Source of the DNA: an uncultured Gammaproteobacteria bacterium
Lineage (GTDB): Bacteria; Patescibacteriota; Microgenomatia; UBA10105; UBA927
Direction of reading: 5' to 3'
Length of the DNA stretch: 56,096 nt
NCBI GenBank assembly: GCA_964445435.1
Contig: CAYUKU010000008.1
Span: forward strand, 1 to 56,096
Of the stretch, positions 17,040 to 26,829 are shown piece by piece. Both the position numbers and the translations under genes were made by a program. Each line of letters begins with the position of its first letter. Position 1 is the stretch's first letter. The notes below the pieces were generated by a model. That model saw only the letters and a list, made by a program, of their open reading frames with translations. It did not search any database and was not told the DNA's origin.

Positions 17040-17842
17040 AGATATTTCTGGTAGCCGCTTTTTTCTATTTCGGCGGCGAGCCGTGCTCCTCCAGTCTTGA
17101 CGATTTTCCCTTTCACTAAGACATGGACCACATCTGGCTTGAGGTACTTAAGTATCCGCTGGTAATGGGTAATGATGATGACTCCCGTACCCTTCTTGGT
17201 GAGAAGTCCAATTCCTCGGGCAACCACCCGAAGCGCGTCGACATCCAATCCGGTGTCTATCTCATCGAAGATAGCGAATCTTGGAGCAAGGGTAAGCGCC
17301 TGAAGCATTTCTATTTTCTTCTTCTCTCCGCCGGAAAATCCGTCATGAACCGCGCGGGACAAAAACCTCTCATCGATAAGCAAAGACTTGGCATGCTCCC
17401 GCACCTGCGATGTGAAATCGGAAAGAGAAAGCCCGCCAGCGCTCCATCGTCTGGAAAGAAGCGGATTTTGGATGCGAGATTCCTTCGTATCTTGTTTCGT
17501 ACCGTAGAGCTCCTGATAACTCGTACGAAGAAGATTCATGACACTCACCCCCGGGATAGCAATCGGCGACTGAAACGCCAAAAATAGACCGGACTTCGCC
17601 CTCTCTTCTGTGGGAATATCAAGAATGTTTTTCCCATGTATTTTAACCTTAGACTTCTTATCAACGAGATATGCGGGGTGACCCATGAGTGCATAGGCAA
17701 GTGTCGACTTCCCGCTGCCGTTTGGCCCCATAACGGCGTGTACCTGAGCCCTTCCGACTGAAAACGAAATATCCTTCAGAATCTCAATCTCACCGATTCC
17801 CACGCGGAGGTGTTCTATGGATAAAGCGGAGTTTTTCTTCAT
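17036..17842 (-). CDS. sufC: Fe-S cluster assembly ATPase SufC
   Basis: [27 protein letters not shown] 17842 has an AAGGAG SD and TATAAT upstream. Confidence 0.95.
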   Translation of the reverse strand: MKKNSALSIEHLRVGIGEIEILKDISFSVGRAQVHAVMGPNGSGKSTLAYALMGHPAYLVDKKSKVKIHGKNILDIPTEERAKSGLFLAFQSPIAIPGVSVMNLLRTSYQELYGTKQDTKESRIQNPLLSRRWSAGGLSLSDFTSQVREHAKSLLIDERFLSRAVHDGFSGGEKKKIEMLQALTLAPRFAIFDEIDTGLDVDALRVVARGIGLLTKKGTGVIIITHYQRILKYLKPDVVHVLVKGKIVKTGGARLAAEIEKSGYQKYL

Positions 17843-17874
17843 AAGCTCCTTATTATAACGTTTTGTACGACAAA

Positions 17875-18663
17875 TTACAGTTGCGAGGATATGCGGTCTA
17901 ACTTCCCCATAAATACTTCGGTAACTCCTTGCATGCGGCATATGAAGTACTCGGTAGAGGCAAGAGGATTATTCGCAAGGGAATAAAAGCGATCCACGTC
18001 TTCTTTTTGGGAACGGTGGCAGAGGAGGGCTTTCTTTTTCATTGTCTTAACACCAGTCAAACTTATGGCAGTTGTAATATTCTTGTCCTCGGTCCCTCTC
18101 CACGGTTTGCCAAAGGATTCCTCCGGGAAAACTTTTTTCTTCTTAAGGTAAGAGATAACCGACTCAGGGGCGCACGCGTAATACAACTTCGGAGCATTTT
18201 CTTCGTCATATTCTTTCGTCCCTTCCAGTTTTTTCTGGATCCAGAATGCGTATTTCTGAAACGCAAAAGTCGTCGCATAACAGAGCTTGATATGATCGGG
18301 GTGATTGCTTATCCCCGTTGTGTCAAACGTGATGACACAGTCGGGAACCAACTCTTCCATCTTGCGATAAATCTTGTCTTCGAGTTCGCCGGGTTGTTCG
18401 TTTGCAAGCGTCCCGTCCATATATCCAAGAAACGTAATTGAGGACACTCCAAGAAGTGTGGCTGCCTGTTCGAGTTCTTTCTGGCGGATCTTCCCCAGCT
18501 CTTCGGGTGTGACGCTGTCATACCCAGCGGCGTTCCCTGCCTCCCCGCGTGTGGCACAGATAAGATCCACGCTCCATCCAGCTTTTACGTATTTGGCGAT
18601 CGTCCCTCCACACGTGAATGATTCGTCGTCGGGGTGTGCAAATACTAGCAGCATTTTTTTCAT
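17875..18663 (-). CDS. PIG-L family deacetylase (MshB/BshB-like)
   Basis: VFAHPDDESF, TRGEAG, HPDH. Confidence 0.9.
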   Translation of the reverse strand: MKKMLLVFAHPDDESFTCGGTIAKYVKAGWSVDLICATRGEAGNAAGYDSVTPEELGKIRQKELEQAATLLGVSSITFLGYMDGTLANEQPGELEDKIYRKMEELVPDCVITFDTTGISNHPDHIKLCYATTFAFQKYAFWIQKKLEGTKEYDEENAPKLYYACAPESVISYLKKKKVFPEESFGKPWRGTEDKNITTAISLTGVKTMKKKALLCHRSQKEDVDRFYSLANNPLASTEYFICRMQGVTEVFMGKLDRISSQL

Positions 18664-18860
18664 GGTTTACCTCCCATGGATACGATCTCCCTTTTGAGGC
18701 TATCCACCATAGCCCGAAGAACCATAACTTCCTGGTGTTTCATTTCGCTTGCTGCGGATTCGTGAATGACGCCCCGATACCGTCTCATTTTAAACCGGAG
18801 TTTCTCCTCATACACAGCGAGTTTTTCCTTGAGCTGACGCAATTTTTCGTTGTTATCCAT
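18660..18860 (-). CDS. 66-aa coiled-coil hypothetical protein
   Basis: Heptad-like charged helix, stop overlaps the next start, own -10 element. Confidence 0.7.
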   Translation of the reverse strand: MDNNEKLRQLKEKLAVYEEKLRFKMRRYRGVIHESAASEMKHQEVMVLRAMVDSLKREIVSMGGKP

Positions 18861-18880
18861 GATACAATCATATCATGGAT
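18855..18880. promoter_or_regulatory. Palindromic bidirectional leaderless promoter
   Basis: ATCCATGATA-CAATCA-TATCATGGAT. TGaTACAAT-6 nt-ATG on + and TGaTATGAT-6 nt-ATG on -. Confidence 0.7.
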
Positions 18881-19747
18881 AGCATCGCAATCGAATATCC
18901 GACTGATTGGACTGATTACGAGCTCATCGACACCGGCGATGGGGAGAAACTGGAACGTTTCGCTTCATATACGCTGATACGTCCTGATCCGCGTGCCCTA
19001 TGGCACAAAACGCTCGACTCAAATACGTGGGCAACTGCAAACGCCACATATAAGCGGCTTGACCCCAAAACAGGTCTATGGCAAACCAAACATATGCCCC
19101 CGAACCCCTGGCAAGTACGCTATCTCGGACTTACCTTCGTGCTGCGTCCCACGGAATTTAAGCACGTCGGCGTTTTCCCGGAACAGGCAGTCAACTGGAA
19201 TTGGCTGGCAGACACGATAAACGGGAAGCCGCTAAAGGTTCTCAATCTGTTCGCGTACACGGGCGGCGCCACCATGGCAGCAGTTTCTGCCGGAGCCCAC
19301 GTCACTCACGTAGACGCAGTAAAAAGCACGATAGACTGGGCAAACGAAAACATCCGTTCCTCCAATCTCACTGAAAAACCGATACGCTGGATCGAGGAAG
19401 ACGCGTATAAATTCGTCCAGCGCGAACAGCGACGCGGCAGCTTATATGACGCAATCATCTTGGATCCCCCGCGGTTCGGTCGCGGAACGAAAGGCGAAGT
19501 TTGGAAACTTGCTGAAGATCTGCCGGGACTTCTTGCGCTTTGCGCAACCATACTCTCGCCGAAACCCAAATTCGTACTCCTGAACGCATATACCGCTGAT
19601 CTTTCTGCCATAGCGCTGGGAAACATGCTCAACAGCGCATTGAAAAACTTCTCGGGGAAGACACGCTTTGGAGAACTTGCCCTGGAGGAATCCTCCTCAA
19701 AGAGACTGCTTCCCAGCGGAATTTTCGTCCGTTGGACCGCCTCCTAA
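18875..19747 (+). CDS. Class I SAM-dependent methyltransferase (RlmI/RlmK-like)
   Basis: HVGVFPEQ, VLNLFAYTGGAT, ILDPPRFG. Confidence 0.88.
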   Translation: MDSIAIEYPTDWTDYELIDTGDGEKLERFASYTLIRPDPRALWHKTLDSNTWATANATYKRLDPKTGLWQTKHMPPNPWQVRYLGLTFVLRPTEFKHVGVFPEQAVNWNWLADTINGKPLKVLNLFAYTGGATMAAVSAGAHVTHVDAVKSTIDWANENIRSSNLTEKPIRWIEEDAYKFVQREQRRGSLYDAIILDPPRFGRGTKGEVWKLAEDLPGLLALCATILSPKPKFVLLNAYTADLSAIALGNMLNSALKNFSGKTRFGELALEESSSKRLLPSGIFVRWTAS

Positions 19748-20428
19748 ACTGAAACGATTGAGAAGGAGAATCTTAAGCACCCTGTGAACGAGAAAAAAAG
19801 CAATCGGCCTGGGTATCCATAACCGCCCGTATATCCACTGGCTTACTTCTATAACGTATCTCTTCAGAAACAAACGTACCTTTTCGTCGGTCGAGGCAAC
19901 TCCTTTTACGCCGTATATTATTGAGCCTATCACCCCGATATCTTTGTATTCGCCGGATCGAACGATACGATCCATCGCCACTGAGCCCGCTCCCGGCCAA
20001 CCGCAAAACGCGTCATGCATCGCTACAATTCCACCCGTGCCCACATGTACGGCCCAAAGTGAATAATCCTCCCACGCATGCGCCCTATCATGAAGGCCGT
20101 CTATAAAAAGCATTTTTATAGGCAACTTCCACCCAGCGGATGCCTGCTTGGAAGTTTTTACAATGGGATGAATAACATCCTCAACGTGAGCTTTCTTTAT
20201 ATTTTTCAAAAATGCGGCGAGTGTTGAGCTGGTTTTGCCGCCGCTGAAATTACCCTTATGCGGATCTACCGCATACACGGGTTCGCCGGCACGTGCCAAA
20301 TTTATGGTGGATTTACCGTGAAAACTTCCAATCTCCACGATGACGCCGGTATTCTCCTTCGTCTCGAGAGCCGCTTGCCTGAGAAAATACGCTTCACGCG
20401 TAGTGAGCCAACCGGGTATGTCCTTCAT
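19697..20428 (-). CDS. Class I SAM-dependent methyltransferase (Methyltransf_24-like)
   Basis: GWL..E, VEIGSFHGKST, LFIDGLH, VAMHD. Confidence 0.85.
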   Translation of the reverse strand: MKDIPGWLTTREAYFLRQAALETKENTGVIVEIGSFHGKSTINLARAGEPVYAVDPHKGNFSGGKTSSTLAAFLKNIKKAHVEDVIHPIVKTSKQASAGWKLPIKMLFIDGLHDRAHAWEDYSLWAVHVGTGGIVAMHDAFCGWPGAGSVAMDRIVRSGEYKDIGVIGSIIYGVKGVASTDEKVRLFLKRYVIEVSQWIYGRLWIPRPIAFFLVHRVLKILLLNRFSLGGGPTDENSAGKQSL

Positions 20429-21156
20429 TTCTCTGCAACTACGATAAGCTTCGTGCTCGTTGGAGAGTACTCTGTTTTGTCATAATCACCGTAATACGAA
20501 ACGCGCTTAAACTGTGTTTTCGCAAACACGCGCTCAAGCGTTGACTTACGCATGGCGTTATATGTAATTGACGTATACACGTGTTCGAATGCAGCTTCGG
20601 TTTTCTTCACATATAAAATGTTAAACGTCATGGTCGCATCCTGATCATATTCACAGATGAAATAAAACGCATCGTTGGCGTTTACCCGCGCCGGAATAAA
20701 CTTTGGTTTCGTATCGAGAAATGAATCCGTTATACCGCTCGTAATTACCAGTATGCCGCCCTCGCTCACCCGTGCGTACATAGAGTTGAGTGCGGTAATG
20801 AGATCTGCGTCCGACAACATATGCGGCAAACTTGTCGTAAGGCATACGACCATCTCAAACGTTTCACCCCAGGTGTGTTCAAGCGTGCGGAAATCTTCTT
20901 TCTTAAGAGGGATATATTTGCCTTCCAAATTCAGCTTGGCCATCGCCAGCATATCGGGTGATATGTCAGAGCCGAACACCGTCAGGCCCATATCATGAAA
21001 CATCGAGAGGTGCCATCCGGTTCCGCATGCGCAATCCAATACGCGTGACACTGAATAGGTCTTAATCAAATCCTCAAAAAACGGACGTTGCTCGAAGACT
21101 TCTTCTTTGGGGTTAAGAATATCGTAAATTCCGGCCAATACCTGATATTCTTCCAT
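20425..21156 (-). CDS. Class I SAM-dependent methyltransferase (small-molecule N-methyltransferase-like)
   Basis: VLDCACGTGWH, GSDIS, CLTTSLPH. Confidence 0.87.
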   Translation of the reverse strand: MEEYQVLAGIYDILNPKEEVFEQRPFFEDLIKTYSVSRVLDCACGTGWHLSMFHDMGLTVFGSDISPDMLAMAKLNLEGKYIPLKKEDFRTLEHTWGETFEMVVCLTTSLPHMLSDADLITALNSMYARVSEGGILVITSGITDSFLDTKPKFIPARVNANDAFYFICEYDQDATMTFNILYVKKTEAAFEHVYTSITYNAMRKSTLERVFAKTQFKRVSYYGDYDKTEYSPTSTKLIVVAEK

Positions 21157-21161
21157 ATACT

Positions 21162-21425
21162 CTACACATCGCCGTTTTCTTTTATTTTCTCATCTTCATA
21201 GGGAGCAACAACGCGACGATACAGTTCATGCGTCACTGCCGACAACACACCTAATGCGCGATTGAGATGAACATATTTCGTCGGATACACCCGTTTCATG
21301 ACCCGGGTAATAAGGTAATTAAGCGCTCCGTCCTGGGACTCGAGAGGGAGACTTGTCAAATGGACGACTATCGGATCGACAAGCGCATCAATTGCCGGTC
21401 TGTCTTCTTTTTTAATATACGGCAT
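21162..21425 (-). CDS. Small conserved hypothetical protein (DUF6899-like)
   Basis: MPYIK...GALNYLITR...ELYRR...PYEDEKIKENGDV pattern, family recalled from memory. Confidence 0.7.
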   Translation of the reverse strand: MPYIKKEDRPAIDALVDPIVVHLTSLPLESQDGALNYLITRVMKRVYPTKYVHLNRALGVLSAVTHELYRRVVAPYEDEKIKENGDV

Positions 21426-21445
21426 ATCAATACTCTAACACATTT

Positions 21446-22240
21446 CTATGACAGCAGCACGCCTCCATCGACGACAACCTGAGTCCCCGTCATGTATGAA
21501 GACATGTCTGATGCAAGAAAAAGCGCGACTTTTCCGATATCGTCAATATCCCCCATCCTGTGCATGGGAATCTTCATCAAAAACGCTTCCATCACTTTGC
21601 CCATGTCCACGCCTTTCGGCTGCATGTTTGCGACTCCCGGAGTCGCAATTCCGCCCGGCGCTATTGCGTTCACCCATATTTTGTGCGGCGCAAGCTCAAG
21701 TGCTACGTTTTTCGTAAATCCCCACACGCCGTGTTTGGATGTGTCGTAATGCGCCAGGCCGACCATCGACGGATGAAGCGCATCAATTGACGTAATGTTT
21801 ATAATCTTTCCTCCCCGCCCCTGTTTGATCATCTGCGCGGATACGTATTTTGTCGTGAGGAAAACACCATAGACATTGGTTTTCATAACGGCCTCAAAAT
21901 CGGAAATAGTCATCCGGATCACAGGAATCGAGGGGAAAATGCCAGCGTTGTTCACCAGAATATCAACCCCGCCATATGTGCTGACCGTCTGATCAACGAG
22001 AACTTTCACCGACACCTCATCCGATACGTCAGTCGCAATGGATGTCACGTTCCAACCATGCGAGGTAAGTTCCTCTAAAGCGCGACTGGCATCTTGCGAA
22101 GAGCGGTTGGCAATCACGACATTTGCTCCCGCCTGAGCCAGCCGAAAGGAAATGCCAAATCCTATCCCCGCCGCTCCGCCGGTAACAATGGCTGTTTTCC
22201 CGGTCAAGTCAAGAAGTTTACTAAAGGGTGTCTTTTCCAT
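21446..22240 (-). CDS. SDR-family NAD(P)-dependent oxidoreductase
   Basis: TGGAAGIG, NNAG, YDTSK (YxxxK), VDGG. ATG 22240 has a GGAGG SD. Confidence 0.92.
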   Translation of the reverse strand: MEKTPFSKLLDLTGKTAIVTGGAAGIGFGISFRLAQAGANVVIANRSSQDASRALEELTSHGWNVTSIATDVSDEVSVKVLVDQTVSTYGGVDILVNNAGIFPSIPVIRMTISDFEAVMKTNVYGVFLTTKYVSAQMIKQGRGGKIINITSIDALHPSMVGLAHYDTSKHGVWGFTKNVALELAPHKIWVNAIAPGGIATPGVANMQPKGVDMGKVMEAFLMKIPMHRMGDIDDIGKVALFLASDMSSYMTGTQVVVDGGVLLS

Positions 22241-22301
22241 AGCGGCCTCCTGCTCCCATCGTAGCACTGCGAAAACCGGAACAAATGTAATCAAACACAC
22301 C

Positions 22302-22940
22302 TTACTTCTCGTCAATCTCAATCGTAGTGACGGAAACGGGATTCACGGGTTTGGACATTTCACCCGAGGACGATAATGTTACTGATGCTGTTGCAATCCT
22401 ATCAACAACATCAAGCCCCTCTATGACTCTGCCGAATATGACATAATCCTTCGGAAGCGCATAATCAGCATGCATAATGAAAAATTGACTTCCATTGGTG
22501 TTCGGACCACTATTTGCCATCGCTACCGTCCCGCGGGTATATTCACCGGAAAATGTTTCATCATCAAACCGATAACCCGGATTTCCCGTTCCGTCCCCGT
22601 TGGGATCTCCCCCCTGTATCATGAAATCCGCAATTATCCTATGGAAAATCGTATTATCATAGAACTTCTGGCGGGCCAAATACACGAAGTTATTGACGGT
22701 CTTGGGGGTTTCTTTCGCGTTGAGCGAGAGCGTTATGGCTCCCTCACTCGTATGAATCGTGGCGGTGTATGTCTTTTTCGAATCGATGATCATGTCGGGA
22801 GGAGAAAGTTTTTTTGTCGTATGCATGGTTGGGGTTGGGGTTAATGCCATGTTCGCCTCCTTTGGATTCGTTGTTCTATACGCACCGATTGCCAGAATAA
22901 CAATCGATATGCCGACTATATATATGTACGCCTTTTTCAT
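22302..22940 (-). CDS. Cyclophilin-type peptidyl-prolyl isomerase with N-terminal anchor
   Basis: FHRII.DFMIQGGDP, GTVAMANSGPNTNGSQFFI. Confidence 0.95.
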   Translation of the reverse strand: MKKAYIYIVGISIVILAIGAYRTTNPKEANMALTPTPTMHTTKKLSPPDMIIDSKKTYTATIHTSEGAITLSLNAKETPKTVNNFVYLARQKFYDNTIFHRIIADFMIQGGDPNGDGTGNPGYRFDDETFSGEYTRGTVAMANSGPNTNGSQFFIMHADYALPKDYVIFGRVIEGLDVVDRIATASVTLSSSGEMSKPVNPVSVTTIEIDEK

Positions 22941-22984
22941 GGATAGCTAGTATACCAAAAACCAGTCCGCAGAAACGGGGGTAA

Positions 22985-23752
22985 TCACGGACAACGAATC
23001 TCGACTGTGTGCGTCCGTGTTTTTCCCAATGCGAGATTTATCGACTTCCCGTTAAGGAGTTCTCCGTCAAAGCTCACCTGGATCCCACCTGAGCGCAATT
23101 CAAACTCGTATGTAAGTCCATACATGGAAAGTGTAATCAACTGTGATGAGGTGGCATTTACCGTCACATCAAGCGGCGGAAGCTTAGCAATCCCTTCCGA
23201 TCCAGCGACAATAGTATCCTTTGGCAATGAAAGGCCTGGGACAGAAACTGCAAATTGCCTCACCGGTTCAATCGGTTGGCAATTCGTATTCTTGATCACG
23301 ACGCTTACTTCTGTCATCCGCAGCCAAACAACTCCTACAGCAATGAGTGTAATTACGGCAAATGGTCCCTTCGTCACGGAAAATATCTTCCCCCATGTCG
23401 TATTTGTTGTTCCGCCGGAAGCTTGAGCATTGCTCAATTCTTTTTCCACTCTGGCCACCTCGCTTTTCAGGTCGTTCCAATATTTGAGAAACAGCAGGAT
23501 ATATTTTTTACGCTTTTTTTCTTTCTCTGTATGCACAGGAATTGCATGGGCAGTAAGTGGTATGACATCTCCCTTGTTGAGCATGTCGATATGGGTAGCT
23601 ACTTTCTCTGCCGACGTAAGGCACGTATCAACTCTAGGATGGATGCCCCAAAGGAGCGTCTTGAGGGAGCCAAACGTTGAGACGTCAAACGTCTCACTAT
23701 CAAAAACCGCATGGGCAGCCAAAAGTCGCTTCTCGATACTTTTATAATCCAT
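22985..23752 (-). CDS. Hypothetical single-pass membrane protein
   Basis: 255-aa ORF: helical N domain, one TM (FAVITLIAVGVVW), beta-rich C domain. Confidence 0.7.
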   Translation of the reverse strand: MDYKSIEKRLLAAHAVFDSETFDVSTFGSLKTLLWGIHPRVDTCLTSAEKVATHIDMLNKGDVIPLTAHAIPVHTEKEKKRKKYILLFLKYWNDLKSEVARVEKELSNAQASGGTTNTTWGKIFSVTKGPFAVITLIAVGVVWLRMTEVSVVIKNTNCQPIEPVRQFAVSVPGLSLPKDTIVAGSEGIAKLPPLDVTVNATSSQLITLSMYGLTYEFELRSGGIQVSFDGELLNGKSINLALGKTRTHTVEIRCP

Positions 23753-23786
23753 ACGAAATCAGTCCGCTTTCCTGAAGTATAGCGAA

Positions 23787-23817
23787 TTCAGCCCGTTTTC
23801 AGCAAAAAGGTTATAAT
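23787..23817 (+). promoter_or_regulatory. OmpR-type direct-repeat box plus -10 (site 1)
   Basis: TTCAG-cccgtt-TTCAG, 9 nt, TATAAT, 6 nt, ATG. Confidence 0.7.
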
Positions 23818-23823
23818 GAAGGC

Positions 23824-24501
23824 ATGAAAATCCTCGTCGTCGAAGATGAGCATCGGATTGCCACAACAATAAAAAAGGGGCTGGAGCAGGAACGGTACAC
23901 CGTTGATATCGCGTTCGACGGGGAGGAAGGCTTTGACCTTGCGGCTTCCGAGAATTACGACGTCATCATTCTTGATCTTATGTTACCGAAAAAAGACGGA
24001 CTTACGATAGTACGGGAATTACGAAATCAACACATCCATACGCCGGTCATCATGCTCACCGCCAAAAGTCAGATACACGACAAAGTCACCGGCCTGGACA
24101 GCGGAGCTGACGACTATCTCGCCAAACCTTTCTCCTTCGAAGAGCTCGTCGCACGGGTGCGCGCACTCTCACGGCGCCCTAAACAATCATCGCATTCAGA
24201 CACGCTCACAGCACAAGACCTCGTACTCAACACGAAAACATACGAGGTGAAACGTGTCCCAACGCCCGTATCCCTATCGGCGAAGGAATTTGCGCTGCTT
24301 GAATATCTTTTGCGAAATGCCAATACGGTACTCACAAAAGACCAGATCATAAATCATGTCTGGGCTTATGATGCGGATATTCTTCCAAATACGGTCGAGG
24401 TATATATTAGAAATCTGCGGAAAAAGATCGATGAACCGTTCCCAAACAAAAAACCACTTATCCAGACAGTTCGGGGATTCGGATACAAGATAGGAAAATA
24501 A
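23824..24501 (+). CDS. OmpR/PhoB-family response regulator
   Basis: ILVVEDE, DLMLP, GADDYLAKPF, winged-helix C-terminus TVRGFGY. Confidence 0.95.
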   Translation: MKILVVEDEHRIATTIKKGLEQERYTVDIAFDGEEGFDLAASENYDVIILDLMLPKKDGLTIVRELRNQHIHTPVIMLTAKSQIHDKVTGLDSGADDYLAKPFSFEELVARVRALSRRPKQSSHSDTLTAQDLVLNTKTYEVKRVPTPVSLSAKEFALLEYLLRNANTVLTKDQIINHVWAYDADILPNTVEVYIRNLRKKIDEPFPNKKPLIQTVRGFGYKIGK

Positions 24502-24505
24502 CCCT

Positions 24506-25528
24506 ATGTTTCGCTCTGCAAGACTCAAGCTCACCGCCTGGTATCTGGCCATCATCATGTCCATAAGTCTACTGTTTAGCCTGATAATTTACCTCAACAT
24601 AAATACCGAATTTCAGAGATTTGAGAGACTCCAGAAAATTATCGCTCAGGAAGAAAATTCTCTTCTTCTGCCTCTCCATCAACTGAGAATCTCCCGCTCA
24701 AGACTGGACGCCCAAACCATTCGCGCCGCGCGCGCAAGACTCGTCACGGCTTTAGGAATTAGCAATCTTGCGATTCTTGGCCTTGCCGGTACGGCCGGAT
24801 ATTTCCTCGCCGGAAGAACCCTTGGCCCTATCCAACAGATGGTGGATGAGCAGAATCGGTTTATCGGCGACGCTTCCCATGAACTCAAAACACCGCTGAC
24901 ATCCCTCAAAAGCGCACTTGAGGTTTACTTGAGGAACAAAAAACGCACCTTGCAAGAGGCAGATGATTTAGCCGCCGAAAGCATCGCTGAAGTCAATAAG
25001 CTCCAAACTCTCACGGAATCGCTCCTCACGCTTGCACAATTCCAGAAATCGAACATGCCCGCTGAAACCAAAGAAACGGATATATCGGAAGTTATTGTCC
25101 GATCGGTAAAACAGGTTTCCCCCATGGCACTAAAGAAGAATATCAAAATCAACAACAAGGTCGGACACGTCACGGTCAAAGGATACGAAGAGCAACTCTC
25201 AGAACTATTCGTGATACTTCTTGATAATGCTATTAAATACAGCGACCCGAAAACTACGATAGATATCTCTTGCCGGCACATCGATAACGGGATCGCGATA
25301 GCAGTAAAAGATGAAGGCATAGGAATCTTCGCGAAGGACATACCGAAAATTTTTGATCGGTTCTACCGCGCTGATTCTGCCCGCTCCAAAAACGGAACCG
25401 GAGGATACGGCCTCGGGCTCTCCATCGCCAAATACATCGCCGAAACGCACGCAGGGTCCATCACGGTAAAAAGCAGAGCAGGACACGGAAGCACGTTTAC
25501 CGTGACACTTCCGGCCCGTTTCAGCTAA
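24506..25528 (+). CDS. Sensor histidine kinase
   Basis: Two TMs, DASHELKTPL (H box), LLDNAIKY, D.G.GI, FYRAD, GLGL. Confidence 0.95.
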   Translation: MFRSARLKLTAWYLAIIMSISLLFSLIIYLNINTEFQRFERLQKIIAQEENSLLLPLHQLRISRSRLDAQTIRAARARLVTALGISNLAILGLAGTAGYFLAGRTLGPIQQMVDEQNRFIGDASHELKTPLTSLKSALEVYLRNKKRTLQEADDLAAESIAEVNKLQTLTESLLTLAQFQKSNMPAETKETDISEVIVRSVKQVSPMALKKNIKINNKVGHVTVKGYEEQLSELFVILLDNAIKYSDPKTTIDISCRHIDNGIAIAVKDEGIGIFAKDIPKIFDRFYRADSARSKNGTGGYGLGLSIAKYIAETHAGSITVKSRAGHGSTFTVTLPARFS

Positions 25529-25551
25529 AATTCAGCGATACGTCGTATTTT
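25520..25551 (+). promoter_or_regulatory. OmpR-type direct-repeat box plus -10 (site 2)
   Basis: TTCAG-ctaaaa-TTCAG, 10 nt, TATTTT, 6 nt, ATG. Confidence 0.65.
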
Positions 25552-25557
25552 TGACAC

Positions 25558-26826
25558 ATGAAACAATTTACGAAATTCCCGCCCGTATTGAAGGTAATAA
25601 TTTTTCTTTCCTTCGTTGGAATTGCCTGGTGGGGATACAAAACAGTCAAAGGAAACCAGACTGCCAAAACCCAATATCAAACAGAAACGGTGACGAGGGG
25701 AAATCTTATCGTTGCGGTTACTGCAACCGGAGAAGTATCAACAGCAAACAGCGCAACAGTCACAACCGAGGCTTCCGGTGTCGTAACGAACCTTTATGTA
25801 AAAAACGGTGACACGGTAAAGGTCGGAGAAAAAATAGCAGACATCGAGCTTGATCTCGATGGAAGGCAACGATCAACACAGGCGTACGCAAGCTATCAAA
25901 GCGCGAAAAACAACCTCGACTCCGCACGGGCGAACCTGTATAGCGCACATTCAACAATGCTCACCGAATGGCAGCAGTACATGGACAAAGCTCAAAACTC
26001 AACATATGAAAATGCAGATGATACGCCGAACAATGAAAAACGGGCGCTCACTGACTTCGTGACCACGCAGGACGATTGGCTTTCAGCGGAGGCAAAATAC
26101 AAAGTGCAGCAAAACGCGATAACCCAAGCGCAAACTGCGCTCAATACTGCATGGTTCACCTACCAAAAAACGTCGCCCACGATTTACGCACCAATTTCCG
26201 GGGTGGTTACCGGATTATCTCTTCAACCGGGATCAGTCATTACCGCGCAAACCACCTCAAGCGGAGGGGCATCCGCACAAAAAATAGCAAGCATTCTCAC
26301 CGTAGCAACACCGCTGGTAACGATTAACATCACGCAAATCGATGTACCGAAAATCGCCGTCGGCAATAAGGCAACCGTGACGCTCGACGCATTTCCAGAC
26401 AAAACGTTTGCCGGAACCGTCGTAAGCATAGACACGGTGGGAACAACAACCAGCGGGGTAACCACCTACCCCACCGTCATTAAACTTGAAACTGATCTGT
26501 CTGGAATTCTTCCCGGTATGTCAGCTCAAGCAAACATCATTACCGCAACAAAATCGGATGTTCTTGTCGTCCCAACAAGCGCTATCCAAACAACAAACGG
26601 ATCATCATCAGTCCAGATCATGAAAAACGGGAGACCTCAAACGACACCGGTAGAAACAGGCATTTCCTCGGACACGCAAACGGAGATACTATCGGGAATC
26701 GCTGAGGGTGAAACCGTAATTATCGGAACCGTCCAAAACGGGACGTCTCAAACGCAAACCTCCGGCTCCTCACCTTTCGGAATGTTTGGCGGGCGCAGCG
26801 GTAACGTAAGGATCATGACGCGGTAG
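25558..26826 (+). CDS. MacA/HlyD-family periplasmic adaptor
   Basis: N-terminal TM, GVV..L.VK.GD.VK.G lipoyl half, IYAPISGVV, PGMSA. Confidence 0.9.
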   Translation: MKQFTKFPPVLKVIIFLSFVGIAWWGYKTVKGNQTAKTQYQTETVTRGNLIVAVTATGEVSTANSATVTTEASGVVTNLYVKNGDTVKVGEKIADIELDLDGRQRSTQAYASYQSAKNNLDSARANLYSAHSTMLTEWQQYMDKAQNSTYENADDTPNNEKRALTDFVTTQDDWLSAEAKYKVQQNAITQAQTALNTAWFTYQKTSPTIYAPISGVVTGLSLQPGSVITAQTTSSGGASAQKIASILTVATPLVTINITQIDVPKIAVGNKATVTLDAFPDKTFAGTVVSIDTVGTTTSGVTTYPTVIKLETDLSGILPGMSAQANIITATKSDVLVVPTSAIQTTNGSSSVQIMKNGRPQTTPVETGISSDTQTEILSGIAEGETVIIGTVQNGTSQTQTSGSSPFGMFGGRSGNVRIMTR

Positions 26827-26829
26827 AGT

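Noticed and set aside
17842-17941. N-terminal extensions on sufC, and similarly sufS, the SDR, the ABC permease, GT39, mutY and aspS
   Set aside because: Downstream ATGs have an SD or -10 context and match where homology starts.
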